Source: Lama guanicoe (Eukaryota). From it: DNA of 60,251 nt. The stretch spans positions 11,917,957 to 11,978,207 of the forward strand of contig MU053881.1 of the NCBI GenBank assembly GCA_013239625.1, given 5' to 3'. Below are positions 39,081-51,085 of this stretch, piece by piece. Numbering within the stretch: position 1 is the stretch's first letter; each line of letters starts with the position of its first letter. Both the position numbers and the translations under genes were made by a program. The notes beneath the pieces were generated by a model. The model was given only the letters and a program-made list of their open reading frames with translations. It was not told where the DNA came from and made no database searches.

Positions 39081-40359
39081 AAAAATATTCATACAAAAAA
39101 CCAAGTATCTATCAAGCATCAACTAACTAGAGGTGAGAAGTTTCCCCGAAGTTGGACACGCTGATTGGATTTCAGGCTTTTCCTGCATCCACTAATGAAG
39201 AATTGAACAACTCCCTGCTGATACTCAGTGAAGCTTTAGCTGGTGAGTTAGCTGCTCAGGCTCTCAAAGGCAACTTAGCAGACAGAAAAAAAAAAAGAAA
39301 AAAAAAGCAGTCAGTTGCACAGGGTGGTAACAGAGCGGCAGGCGGAGCCCCACAGTTGCAGGCTCAGTTTTAAGGCAGTGTCTTAAGTTCCCTGGGTTCC
39401 TCCCTCCTGGCCTTCTTATGGTAGAGCCTACTAATCAGGTGTCTGCACCAAATGGTACCAGTGATTCAACAGAAGACTCAGGATTTTTCTATCACTTGCC
39501 ATAGAAAAATGACACAGAGCGTAAGGCCAAAACATGGTAGCAACTTTGATGCAAAGGGGTTAGCAGAACTTGATCTGAGTTTTTTCTGCTTTCAGCAAGT
39601 GACAGGCAAGAGCAAGACGTCACATACAATGCAGCCAGGAGTCTACCCAACCCAAAAGGACACCAGTAAACTCATCAGAGTTTCCAGAACTGTCTGGATT
39701 TACCTTCATTTTTGCAAGAAATGACATGTTAAGTCAAAGCAGTGTAAGTGGAAAAGAATGATACTGAATCATTAGCAACAGCTCTTCTATAAAAAAGCCT
39801 AAGCTGTGACACCTCACAACAATGGGCCCTATTGTTACAAAATACAGTTACAACCCTGAAAGGTGGTGTGTGTACAGAGAACAAGACATTTTCATGGAAA
39901 AAGTGACCTTCTTTTCCTTAAAGTCTTTGAATTATGCCATCTGATTTGTGCTGGGATGAAACTTAATTGGTGGGAGATATCACGGACACTTATATTTCTA
40001 AGGTTTCATATTGAATTCCACAATTGGATAAAGTTCAAGGAAAAACACGTATTCACTCTGCCTTGAACATTTTCTAGTTTCTATGCCTTCAGCTCTCTTC
40101 TCCCCTTAAGATATTTTAAAAGATCTTTTCTTGGGTCCTGTCAACTGACCTCTAATTATCTACAGCTCTGATTTTCCCACATGCTTCAGAAACTATTTAG
40201 ATAATGGTACCGCCTGGGTGGCACTTAGAGTTGAAATCTTTTTAAGTGAACTCCTGGGGAAAAAGATGTAAATTTTCTCTAAACTGTAAAATTGTAAACT
40301 GGGACCATGCCTGATGCTAGAGTAATACCAATAATAATTTAAAATTTTATTTTTATAGT

Positions 40360-40600
40360 GACAATTACTGAGTACCTATTATGTACCAGTCATTATGCTA
40401 AGATATATAAATATGATCTTATTTATCTTATACAACCATCCTATGTAATAGGATTATACATTATAGCTCTACTTAATAGACCAAGAAAATGAGTATTAGA
40501 TGGGTTAACTAGCCTGCTGAAGTCTACACTTAGAAGTAAGAAATGGGGCTTAGTTCGAATCAAGGTCTAACTTCAACACTTTTCCTTTTAATCAAATAAC
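40360..40600 (-). mobile_element. MIR SINE
   Basis: ttactgagtacctattatgtaccag...gggttaactagcctgctgaagtc. Confidence 0.75.
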
Positions 40601-40754
40601 TATATCATCTTCACATGTTGAGTGAATAGTCTCCTAAAAGCCACTTGTAATTTTTATATATGTTTAGTTTATATATGTGTGTGTGTGTGTGTATATATAT
40701 AATATAAACTGTGTGTGTTTTTATATATGTAACATTCAAAGAATGTGTGAATGT

Positions 40755-41280
40755 ATGTAACTCCGTTGCTTTGGTTGTATAAAAGTTACCCTAAAAATTC
40801 ATGGCTTAAAACAATGGTAACATTTATTGAGCTCACGAATATGCAATTTGGGCAAAATCTAGTGGGGATAGTTTGTTTGTAATGCACTCAATATCACCTG
40901 GGGTGGCTTGAAGGCAGGAGGCTAAAATTATCTCAAGACTCACTCACTCGCATTTCTGGCAGAGATCTGGGGACTGAGTCCTTCACTATGGCCGTTAGCA
41001 TAAACAATGACACGTGGCTTCCCCATGTGGCCTGGGGTTCCTACAACATGAGTTCTAGGGGCAAGCATCCCAAGAAAGGAGTTAGGTGCATCCTACTTCA
41101 TAGACTCGCTTCAGACGTCTTACAGCAGCAGTTCTGTTGAATTCTATTCACTGGGAGAATCTTGCCAGATTCAAAAGGGGGACAAACAGACTCCCTCTCT
41201 TGATGGGGAATGGCAAGTTCTGGAAGGACATGTGGGCCCAGAAATATTTCTTTGGGCATTATAATGCAATCTTCCTCAAT
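40755..41280 (-). mobile_element. MLT1-type (ERVL-MaLR) LTR
   Basis: aagttaccctaaaaattcatggcttaaaacaa...catttatt; ccagattcaaaagggggacaaacagactccctctcttgatgggg. Confidence 0.8.
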
Positions 41281-41714
41281 GTGTAACTCATACATAATAA
41301 TACACATTAATATGGGTTACATCCTCCTATAAGTCATATATATGAATATATACATGAATATACAGACTTGTGGGCATGTGTGTCTGGGCATACATAATGA
41401 TGACTTCTTGACATCATGAAAATCTTCAATCTAGTTGTGACAGAGAATGCAGAATCTAATAAAGAAAGCAATTTAGCAGAGACCATTCAGAACCCAGCTA
41501 CCATTAGCTGCTGTTCTTAATGATTGCTTTTCTTCCTACGCAGTTTTTTCTGGCCAATGGGGTCTCAGCCCTCCCATTTCATATGGTATTTGCTCCTGTG
41601 TATCTTTCATCTATATTATATGCACAACACGCCAGCTAGTTCTGGAAAATAGGGTTAAGAAGTGGAGTAAAGGGGGAGGGTAAACAAGGACTCCCGACTG
41701 TAGAGGAAGCGCCT

Positions 41715-42420
41715 GCTTGGAAACTTGGCTCCAGCTCTTACTACGTAAATAACATTGGAAAATTTATTCTACTTCTCTGAGTCTTCATTTTCCTGTCCAC
41801 AAAACAGAAATATTGTTGCAGTCCTCAAAGGGTTGTTGTGAAGGTACATGAAATAGCTTCTATAAAGTGCCTGGCAATACTCACCAGGTAGGTGTTACAA
41901 TTACATCAAAGTTTAAAAAAGGATGAAATGCAAGTGCTTTTTTATGGCCTAGAAGATTGATGATTTAGCCCCTCTCTGGCTTCATCCTGTACCATTCTCC
42001 ACTGAGCCCACTTACAATCACTATTCCCTAAAGTCTATGGCCCTCTTTCCATTTTTTAAAATTATCCTGGCCTCAAGGCTATTTTATTTGTTCTCACTCC
42101 TCCTGGAAGATCCTTTCTTCAAAGCATTGCACAGTTATTTCTTTCCCATTATTCAGATAATTTAATTCATCCCCATGGGGGGACCATTTCATGATCGACC
42201 TCTTATCCCAAGGACCCCTGTTTTTCCCAATAATTCTTGATCATGTTATCATATGTGTAGCTGAACAATATTTCTACTTTATTATAGATTCATTTACTAA
42301 TCATTATATGGTTCCCACCACAAAATTGTGAGCTGCTTTAGACAGTGATCTTCTGTCTTATTCTGGGGTCAGAGGACTAGTAAGCCCGCAGGACATATCT
42401 GATCGATGGATAAATGGATA
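41715..42420 (+). mobile_element. MIR (about 41715-41900) followed by an L2 3' fragment (about 41950-42420)
   Basis: cttctctgagtcttcattttcctgtccacaaaacag; ctcaaggctattttatttgttctcactcctcctggaa; gatggataaatggat tail. Confidence 0.7.
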
Positions 42421-45400
42421 AATATGTATGTGTGTTCGTGTGTCTCATAAGGGGAAAGTAAAAGAGAGTGAAACAATGGAAAGATGTAAAGCAAACAGCA
42501 TATGAAACTGTATTTCTGTGGAAGAAATGAGACTGATATTTACCTGCTGTCCCTTGTTGGAGGGCTGCTACAGGAGGGGAAGTGGGTGACCGCTTTTTGT
42601 TAGCTGTAGGGCTCACCTTGGAGACATTTACCCCATGCAGCAATGAAATCTTAAGTCACCTTTATCTTTTCCTTGATGCTCTAAATTCTCTCCCTCAGGC
42701 CTTGTGAACGTGTGACCTAGAGCGTCTCTCTCTCTTCCTTTCACTTCTGGTCTTTGGGATTTAACTCTGGTATCTGGGTGCTTGTCTCCCAATCAAGAAA
42801 ATTTGCCTTCCTTTTCCAGGAAATAGTATTTCAAGAGCCTCAAAAAGAAAAAGAAAAAAAAAAAAAGCACTGCACATGCAAATCATTCCATCAAAAACAA
42901 AACCATTCTAAAAATTACCCAAGCTTGTGCAAAAATAAATGTTAAATTCATTAGACCGACTATTTTTACTTTTCTGGCCTTTATACTGGAGCTATTTGGC
43001 AACTGAAAATTCATCAGTGTATAAATGAATTTATGTGCTTGTTGTAAGAAGCTTCTAATTAGCACATACAGCGAAGTGTGGAGAGTATTCTATATAACGG
43101 TCTCTGGCTGAGGTTTAAAACCAAGGTCTGTCCTCTGAAATACGTGGACAGCTGCTAAGTACTTAAAAAAAATAAAAAGGAAAGGAAAGGAAATAAGTTG
43201 TTAACTTGGAACTCTGGAGTGGAACTTGACTGTATCTCTGGAACAGATGTTTCAGGTCTGGGACATTTTGCATGGAGTCATTAGAGACTTCATATCCAAA
43301 GGCTCCTGGGGAGCTGTCTGACTGTTTTGTTTAATTAATAGATCTCTTTGCAACTTCAGAAGCGGAGGAGCCAGGGGACAAATATAGGTGTAGAGTATTG
43401 CTTTTCCACCTGAAAAACTGTTACGGTGGCCCCAGGTGGCCTTGGACTGGTCATCAGGCCTCCTTAGGTCTCAACTTTCCCTATCTTTAATTGAAGAGGC
43501 TACAAATCCTCCCTTGTTTCACAGGGCTGGGTCAGAGGACCCAAACTAATGAATTGTTCCCAAAGCTATCTGCTTTTTGACAACCCAATTTTTGAAGTCT
43601 TTATTGTCTTCTTTTTCTTATACCCATGATAAATTCAGGCTTTAATAATTTGGGGGATTAGAACCACTTAATATCATATTCCCCTATTAATTCAACGGCA
43701 CTAAACAGTTTGTATTTTTATCATCTGTGTTCAGTCACTCAACAAGTATTAAACAATTTCACAGCAGTTTCAGAAAATAATGGAGAACTTTGCTCTCCTG
43801 CTTTTACCGGCCACTCTCTCTTTTCTTCATAAGCTTGGACACTTGGAGAATGGAGGGAGTGAACATGAACCACTCAACAGGGTGCTTTGTGCATCAGCTA
43901 AAAAGGCACCTTTCTTCCTGTTCTGCTGATTTACAAAATGATGGATGACAGGCAGTATCACCATGCTTCATGCCTAGCTTTGCAAAGTACCGCTCTTCAG
44001 CTCTTAAGAGGATACTGTTTTAATACTGACAAGGAAATCAAAATGTTTCACTGAGTAGTGGGTGCATGTTTTCTTCCTGGTGGGATATGATTTCTTTGTG
44101 TCCTTGGGAGGAGAGTAACACTTCCCTCTCCACTGGAACACCCCCACCCCACTGGAAAATATTTCCACTCTCTTTGCTTCCTCAAAGGAAGAGACTTCCT
44201 GTTCACTTAGTTTAGTTCCCTTGTGACCTGAAGTCATTTCACCTATAGAAGACAGATGGCTTCAACCTCAATCTTGAGCTTGAATTGCAATACAAACCAA
44301 ATTAGATAAAATAAATCAATAATACCCTTGCAGGCCGAATTCACTTAAGGAACACTTACAGTACAACTGCTCACTTTGCCCATATACTTTCATCCATTAA
44401 CACTCTACATCTGGCACCTGAATAAATATGTTACCCCAGCTGAATATAAATGAACTAGGATCTCATCATTATTTTGTGTTGAGTGGAAGGTTAATAAATT
44501 TTCATTTCTTTAAAAAAATGATTTTTGAGATGAAGCAAGAAGCTGGTATGGTACGAAACCCTAAGATTTTGTCTGAGTGCCTAATGCAACACCCTCAAAG
44601 CTCATTGACGGCTTAGAAGCTCATATTGTAATTTATGCATCACTGAGTTCATGCCTTTTACATTAAGAACCCCCAAATGTAGTATACAGCCCAATACCTT
44701 TGTATTTGGATTCTAACTTAGAAAGCAGACCTTAGACAACGAACAACAGACGCGCATGCTGAAACGCGGCATGGAAAACTTCACAGCAGGATTACCAAAT
44801 TCACAGGACACCTGAATATGATTGTGATTCAAATAAACACAACTGAAAAATCTTAGTCAGGTCCCATTAGTTCCAACTTCATGAAAACTACAAGTGAGTT
44901 AGTCCCTCCAATTCTCAAACTACCAAGGAAGTGTAGTATATTACACTGTGGATACAACTTCATTCAATCACTAGTTTAACCTTGGGAAGAGCTATCAATT
45001 TCAACCAACATCAGAGCCACAGTAGCATCAACACTTGCTCTCAGCTGAAAAGGTATGACATTAGAAACCACTTCCAGGGCTTTAGGAAACAGAAGAAGTC
45101 AAGGTACCTGCTTAAGCAGATTCATGTAAGCCCATTGCAACAAAAGGAGTGACAGACTATCAGTAACATAATTCTTACTGGATGTACCTTTCATAGGCAA
45201 TCTAACGTTTCTGGACTCCTCCCCTTCCGCAACACACACACACACATTGTCAACGCAGCTCAGTCACAGGCATGTTTACACCACAGCACAAGAGCCAAGG
45301 AGAAGCTTCGGTGTTAGGAAGCCTAGATTCAAATACTGGCTACTTACTTTCTGAGTGACCATGGGAGAGTCATTAAACCTTATTTAGGTTTATTTATCAA

Positions 45401-45633
45401 ATGGAAACTTAAAAAAAAGGACCTTATTCTTAAAGGCTTATCGTGAGAATTAAACGAGGGAGAAAGGGATGGAGACAAAAGGGGAAGGGGAGAGAATGAA
45501 GAACAGTTTAAGTAGGAGCAGGTGTGCCTGCCACTGCTCTCAGTGCAGGGAGGCAGGGAGTGGGAGATGGGCTCCGGAAGACCCGCATCTCTTGCTTTCC
45601 TCAGGTGGTCGTAATAATCAGGCCTCAGCTCAC

Positions 45634-45715
45634 CATGCTGCCTAATATTTGAGGCTATGTAGTTTTGTTCATGATGACCAGCAAACATGAGCCAAACAGT
45701 TCATCTGCTGCTCAA
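45634..45715 (-). other. Candidate 82-nt exon
   Basis: Branch-like ctaat, acceptor attgcttgctttcag|TTGAGC and donor CATG|gtgagc. No through-frame; an internal ATG opens MFAGHHEQNYIASNIRQH. Confidence 0.4.
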
Positions 45716-47219
45716 CTGAAAGCAAGCAATCTGTTCCATCATTAGGAGAAAAATGGACTGTCTTATACTTGAAACCATACTACGTTGGTCTGCAACCTAT
45801 AACCTTCCTAAGAGATTTTTGGTGGTTAATTGATTACACCTAATTTTCATCATATGTGATGACTTTAAAACATAGCCCAGAATTAACACAGAACCCTGCT
45901 TTCTGGGCCAGACCAAGTTCTGAGTGCACACTGACATTCCAGGGTCAGAGCATACAAACTAGCACATGATGAAGATTATAGTTACTTAGGGACAACTAAG
46001 GGGGTATATTAGAGCCTTGGGAAATGACTCTTCTATTTAACTGAGCTCTAAAATTCTGATACTTAAAACCGAGTCATGGATTCAGTAGAGATAGCCCGTA
46101 TTTCAGAGGTAACTCAGAGTACTTATCTAGCAAACTGTGTGAACAGGGGGAAAAAATTAGCTGCAAAGAGAGGAGAGAAAACATTTGTGCTACAACCTAA
46201 ATCACATGAAAAATAATTTACAAAATGAGCATTTTAGTAGACAACGCATAATGTTTTTACTGGTTAAAAATGCTGCAAAATGTTGGCAACAATAGTTTGC
46301 ATCCAAATAGTCAAACCTAATTGTTTGTGAATGTAACATAATTGAGCCTTCATTGTGGGGCTTTTAAGAAAAGCAAGGAATATAACATGAGTTTTTATGA
46401 CATTAAAAACAAAAATTTGTGCAGAGTTATTATGTTTGAAGAAACACACACCCACCAACCCATTAGATTTCATTAGAGACAGACACAAACTGTTCAATGT
46501 TTTGTTTTGTTCCTGCTTTGAACCTCACAAGAGATAAAACTCAGTTCCTTATAACTCATCTCTTCTGTTTCCTTAGAAGTAAGCTTTCAAAGTATGCATT
46601 AAAATAAAGCCACACTTAAAGTAAACATGGCATTCATAATTACTAGTAGCTGTTAATTCTATTAATCAACTCTCGGTAGCATTTATAGCATCGTCACAAA
46701 CTCTACAATCAAAAGCAATGCCCAACAAAACACTTTGAAATTTGAAAGTGGTTGACAGAAGTGCAAATTTATACTGTTAATGAAGTTATCTGGAAACAAG
46801 TCAAGAAACAAAAAGAAGGTATTCATAGTAACCTGGATGAGAACCGAGAGGCACAGACAACAAAGAAAAACAAATTTAGGTGACTTAAGAACTTTACAAT
46901 GATTGCCCAGCTTCTCCGTTTTTTTAAGCCCTATTGCACACAAAACACTGAAGTGAGAAAAAAATTAAGCACAGAAGCAAGTTATGGATCACACACTCCT
47001 GTGTAATCATACTGCAGCAGTTACAGCAAGAACAAAATGTCAACTCTAACTAACTACCTTATTGAATTCCCAAAATCCATGACCCACAAGATAGCCATAT
47101 GAATTTGGTCATACCCAGAGCCTGAGGGAAATCCATCAGGGAGTAAAGGATATCTGACAGAGATAAAATGAAATGCATGGTAGTCTGGCTTGTAAAATAA
47201 GCACAAAGTCATTTGATCA

Positions 47220-47340
47220 CAATGACCAAGTTATCCTGGTTTGCCTGGGGACTTACCTGATGTTAGCTCCGAGAGTCTCGAGAGTCTCGCATCCCAGAAA
47301 ACCTCGAAGTCCAAAGCAACCTGGGATAGGAGAGCACCTT
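47220..47340. mobile_element. MER81-like hAT-Blackjack element
   Basis: tgaccaagttatcctggtttgcctggggact...gcaacctgggataggagagcacc, with imperfect terminal inverted repeats. Confidence 0.65.
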
Positions 47341-47412
47341 CCTATTTAACCTGAGTGTCTCGTGACCACTGACTCATGCACCTGAAATTAGTTTTGGCTA
47401 AATGGTGTGAAG

Positions 47413-47600
47413 AGTAGTTGTTCTCAGATTCACTGTGCATAAGGATCACCTGGAAAGCTGTTAATTCACAGGGTCCTGGACCTCACCCCTCAGATTCTGA
47501 TTCTGTAAACTCAAGTGGGGCCAGTGAATTTGCATTTCTATCAAGCTCACAACTGTTAAGGATGCCACTAGTTCAAGTACTATATTTTGAGTAACCCTGG
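47413..47600. mobile_element. MER5A hAT-Charlie element
   Basis: gttctcagatt...ggatcacctggaaagctgtt...cctcagattctgattctgta...aatttgcatttcta...tttgagtaaccctg. Confidence 0.85.
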
Positions 47601-48014
47601 TTCAAACTTCCTATACCCTTTCATTTCTCAGTTTTCCTTCCTGTGTCGTTGAGTTTAGTTTTCAAGAGTGCTTATACAAAACCGACTGTATAGGTCTTTT
47701 AGAAGGAGAAATATCTCCTCTTGGCAGAAATGATGCCAGTATAACTGACGGAAGACTTATCCAATAACTGGGTATTTATACAGCATTAAAAGATGTGCTG
47801 ATTTTATTTATACAAATTTCATTCATTATTCCCATTGTAAAGCCTTACTAAAATGCTAATTCACTTTGGGGAATTCATAGAAATAACAGGAAAACAGAGA
47901 TAAGCCTTGGCCATAGCCAATGTGAATATGCCACCATAAAACTAGTATAATCACGAACTATTTGAAGAAGCTCAACAAGGATTTGTAAGGGAAACCTCAA
48001 CTAAATTATACTGG

Positions 48015-48740
48015 CAGGTCGATGATTCGCCAACATCAACCAGGTGTCCAACAATTAAATTCTAACACCAGCTGTCCAGACTTAGTGCACACCCCACAGG
48101 GTAAGGGCTCAGTCCCACAAGACTGCCCCCACTTCAGAGGCCAGTCAGAAGTCCCAGGGGCCACCTATACTTCTGATCAACTGTCTATAAATCTGGGGCT
48201 TCCCATGACCTTTTTCTCAGATTCTAAACTTGCTTGAATGACCCACAGAACCCAGCGAAAACACCATACTCACATTTACTGGTTTATAAAGATTGTAACT
48301 CAGGAGCAGCCAAGTGGAAGAGACGGACAGGACAAGTTACAGGGTGAGGAGCCGCACAGAGCTTCCACGTCCTCTCCAGGCATGTCGCCCTCACAGTATT
48401 TTAAGGTTTTCACCAACCCAAACATTGTCATTTAGGGAGTTTTTATCAAAGTTTCATTATGTAGACACACCTGATTTGAACCATTAGCCATTTCTGATTG
48501 AACTTAATCACTAGCCCCTCTCCTGGAGCACAGGGGCAAAGTGCTCGAAGTTCTAACCCTCTGAGCACTTGGCTGGTCTCTCTGATGACCAGCACCTACA
48601 CCCTGAAGCTATCCAGAGCACCCCAGCCCCAGTCATGAGCCATGTCATCAGCACACAAAAGAGAATAAATTCCACGCATTTTAGGAGCTGTGTGCTAGGA
48701 ATCGGTAACAAGGACCATATATTTACTTTTTTATACTATA
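48015..48740 (-). mobile_element. MER21-like LTR
   Basis: gggctcagtcccacaagactgcccccacttcaga; the minus-strand start aaatatatggtccttgttaccgattcctagcacacagctcctaaaa resembles recalled MER21. Confidence 0.75.
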
Positions 48741-49173
48741 GGAGAAAAATTTTAAAACTTTATCTTCCCCAAAAGCCTAAGATACAAGTCACGAGATAAA
48801 AGGCTATCTTTTGTCAGAGATTCAGTTTCAAAAGCCACCATCTCTGCCTTTAACACCCATGGATTTAAGTTTGAACTGAAGACCATGAATTACCCACAGC
48901 AAGGCCACAAGGTGATTAGGCGCCATCACTCCAGTTACTATGGTAAGGAAGTCAGCGGATGCATTTTTACAGAGACTTTTCAAAAGCCAAAGCTGAAACT
49001 AAAAGAAATCTCAAGATGAATCCATTTAACTAGAATATCAGACTTTGTGAGCATTTCCATTTATTGAATGTTGAATGTGCTGTTTGTTTAAAGGTAATCT
49101 TTACAATTTCAAGATCTTTTTATAAATGCTAACACTTACAAAGAACCTCCAACTTATCCATGGTGCTGGTAGA

Positions 49174-49817
49174 TGTAGCCGGTGTCCAGGTTCTTGTCCC
49201 GTCCCAGAAAGAATTCAGAGAAAGACACGGAGGCTAAAAAAGTAAAGTGAGGGTTTATTAAGGGGTGCATAGTACACTATCACAGGGAGAGCGGGCAGGC
49301 TCAGGTAAAAGGCTGCCCTGAGTTTTTTTGGCAAGTTGGTTACAACAGGGTGTAAAAATGAATGGGCAGAATATTCATTAGGGAGGGAAGGGTTTGGGGT
49401 CCTATTCCCTGATTTTCATCCCAACTTCACCTTCCCAAGGGGAGGAAGGATTTTGATCCTTTTTTAGTCTAGATGGGAAGTGTCATGGCATCAGTGCATG
49501 ATGGGTATTTCCAATCTGCAAGGTTAATTTTATTGAAATGCGAGCATAATGAGCAAAAGGTGACATTCAGACACTGGAGATTCCTGCCTTTTCCCTCCTT
49601 TCTTTGCCAGCTGCCAGGCCGCTCGTCACTCCAAAAGGTGTGACCACTTTTCAGCACAGAGGTTCCTGTTTTTCTTTCTCTGCCCAGAGACCCCTGGTGC
49701 CTACATGATGTATGGTTTCCTGTATTTGGCCTGTGCCCCTCCTTTCTGCCCCCTCCCTGCCATGTGGCCTGTGTCCCCCTTTCTCTGCTCATATCTGGCT
49801 GTCTGCCTGCTGAAACA
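49174..49817 (-). mobile_element. Younger solo ERV LTR, probably lineage-specific
   Basis: TG...CA termini (tgtagcc...gaaaca), minus-strand AATAAA near 49254-49259, higher GC and retained CpGs, about 644 bp. Confidence 0.75.
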
Positions 49818-50092
49818 ATTTCTTACGTAGCAAGTTAGAAAACCAGTGCGTAAGCACTCACATACACTGTCGAACCTTCACAGGCTGCAGATGGGACTAA
49901 ACTCCTGATGTCGCTTGTAAGCTGAAAATATGGCCCAATCCCTTGTCATTGTTATGATTTTTTTTAATACCCCTTAACATTAATATCCAAAGTTTTCTCC
50001 AAGTTACATATTACGTATCACTTCCTGAGTGTTCCTGGTGGTACTGGCCCTATGCTGTGTGATTTGCTTTCATTATTACTGTTAATCTTCAC

Positions 50093-50330
50093 CAGGGCCA
50101 CGACTTAAGGTGAGATGAGTGAAGCTCTCCCCTTGGGTGAAAATGTGAAGGGCCATCAAAAACTTAGTGATCAAGATGAATAATATTTTAACATAACATT
50201 TTTTGAAAATGAATACTAATGAACGATCCACGATAAACAAAATATTAAAATTTTATACAAAGATTAGATCAGCATTGCTGATTTTTCCTTGTACCTCCGG
50301 GTCTAATACGGCTCAGCACAGCCCTTACTG
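50093..50330. mobile_element. ORSL-like hAT-Tip100 element inserted in an antisense MIR (about 50030-50470)
   Basis: cagggccacgacttaaggtgag...aaaaacttagtgatcaagatgaataatattttaa...ctg. The MIR resumes at cacaacaaccctacaagg. Confidence 0.7.
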
Positions 50331-50526
50331 ATTTTTCACAACAACCCTACAAGGGACACAACAGTATTATTCTCATTTCATAAAGAGAAACTCAGAGAGG
50401 TTAAGTAACTTGTCCAAGGTCACACAGTTGGTTAATGGTAGAGCCACAGTCCCTGACTTTCAAGCTCTTCAGCTATGCTGTTGCAGTGCCTATCAGTGTT
50501 GACTGAGTGCTTTTTATGTGTGTGAT

Positions 50527-51085
50527 GTTAGGGGCTACAGTGCCCAACCTGAGGTCATCGGTTCTTTAGAAAGGCTCACAGTACTCATTAAGAGCTATTA
50601 TACTCATGATTATATTTTATGACAGTGAAGGATACAGGTGGGAGTCAGCCAAGGGAAGATGCTTTGGACAGAGTCCTGGAAGTTTCCAAGTATGGAGATT
50701 CTAATTATTCTCTCACAGTGGTGGTGTGGACAGAGTTGCCTCTCCCAGCAATGGTGTGTGATAATATGCATGGACTACTGCCATCCTGGGAAGCTCCCTG
50801 GATGTCCAGAGTTTTCACTGGAACTCAATCACGTAGGCTTGGCTGATGGTCTGTGTGCCTGACCTTTGACCTCCTGCCCCTCTAGATGCAGAGCAGATAC
50901 CACATAGCCCGAAGCCTTCATCATTAATCACAATGTTAGACTGTCCAGTGTGGCTCAAGGTCCCAAGGTAAACAAATACACTCTTATCAGGCAGGACATT
51001 TCCAATGGCCTAGAGATTATATCCCAGGAGCCCAGGGCAAAGGCAGACCTCTCTTGGGAAAAGGTTAATTATTTATTATACAATG
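50527..51085 (-). mobile_element. MER77-like ERVL LTR
   Basis: Minus strand tgtataataaataattaaccttttcccaagagaggtctgcctttgccctgggctcctggg...cctgcctgataagagtg; related to the LTR at 15660. Confidence 0.75.

Noticed and set aside
42544..42567. 24-nt minus-strand microexon (cctgtag|...CAG|gtaaat)
   Set aside because: Very short, with a moderate donor and no other support; expected by chance.
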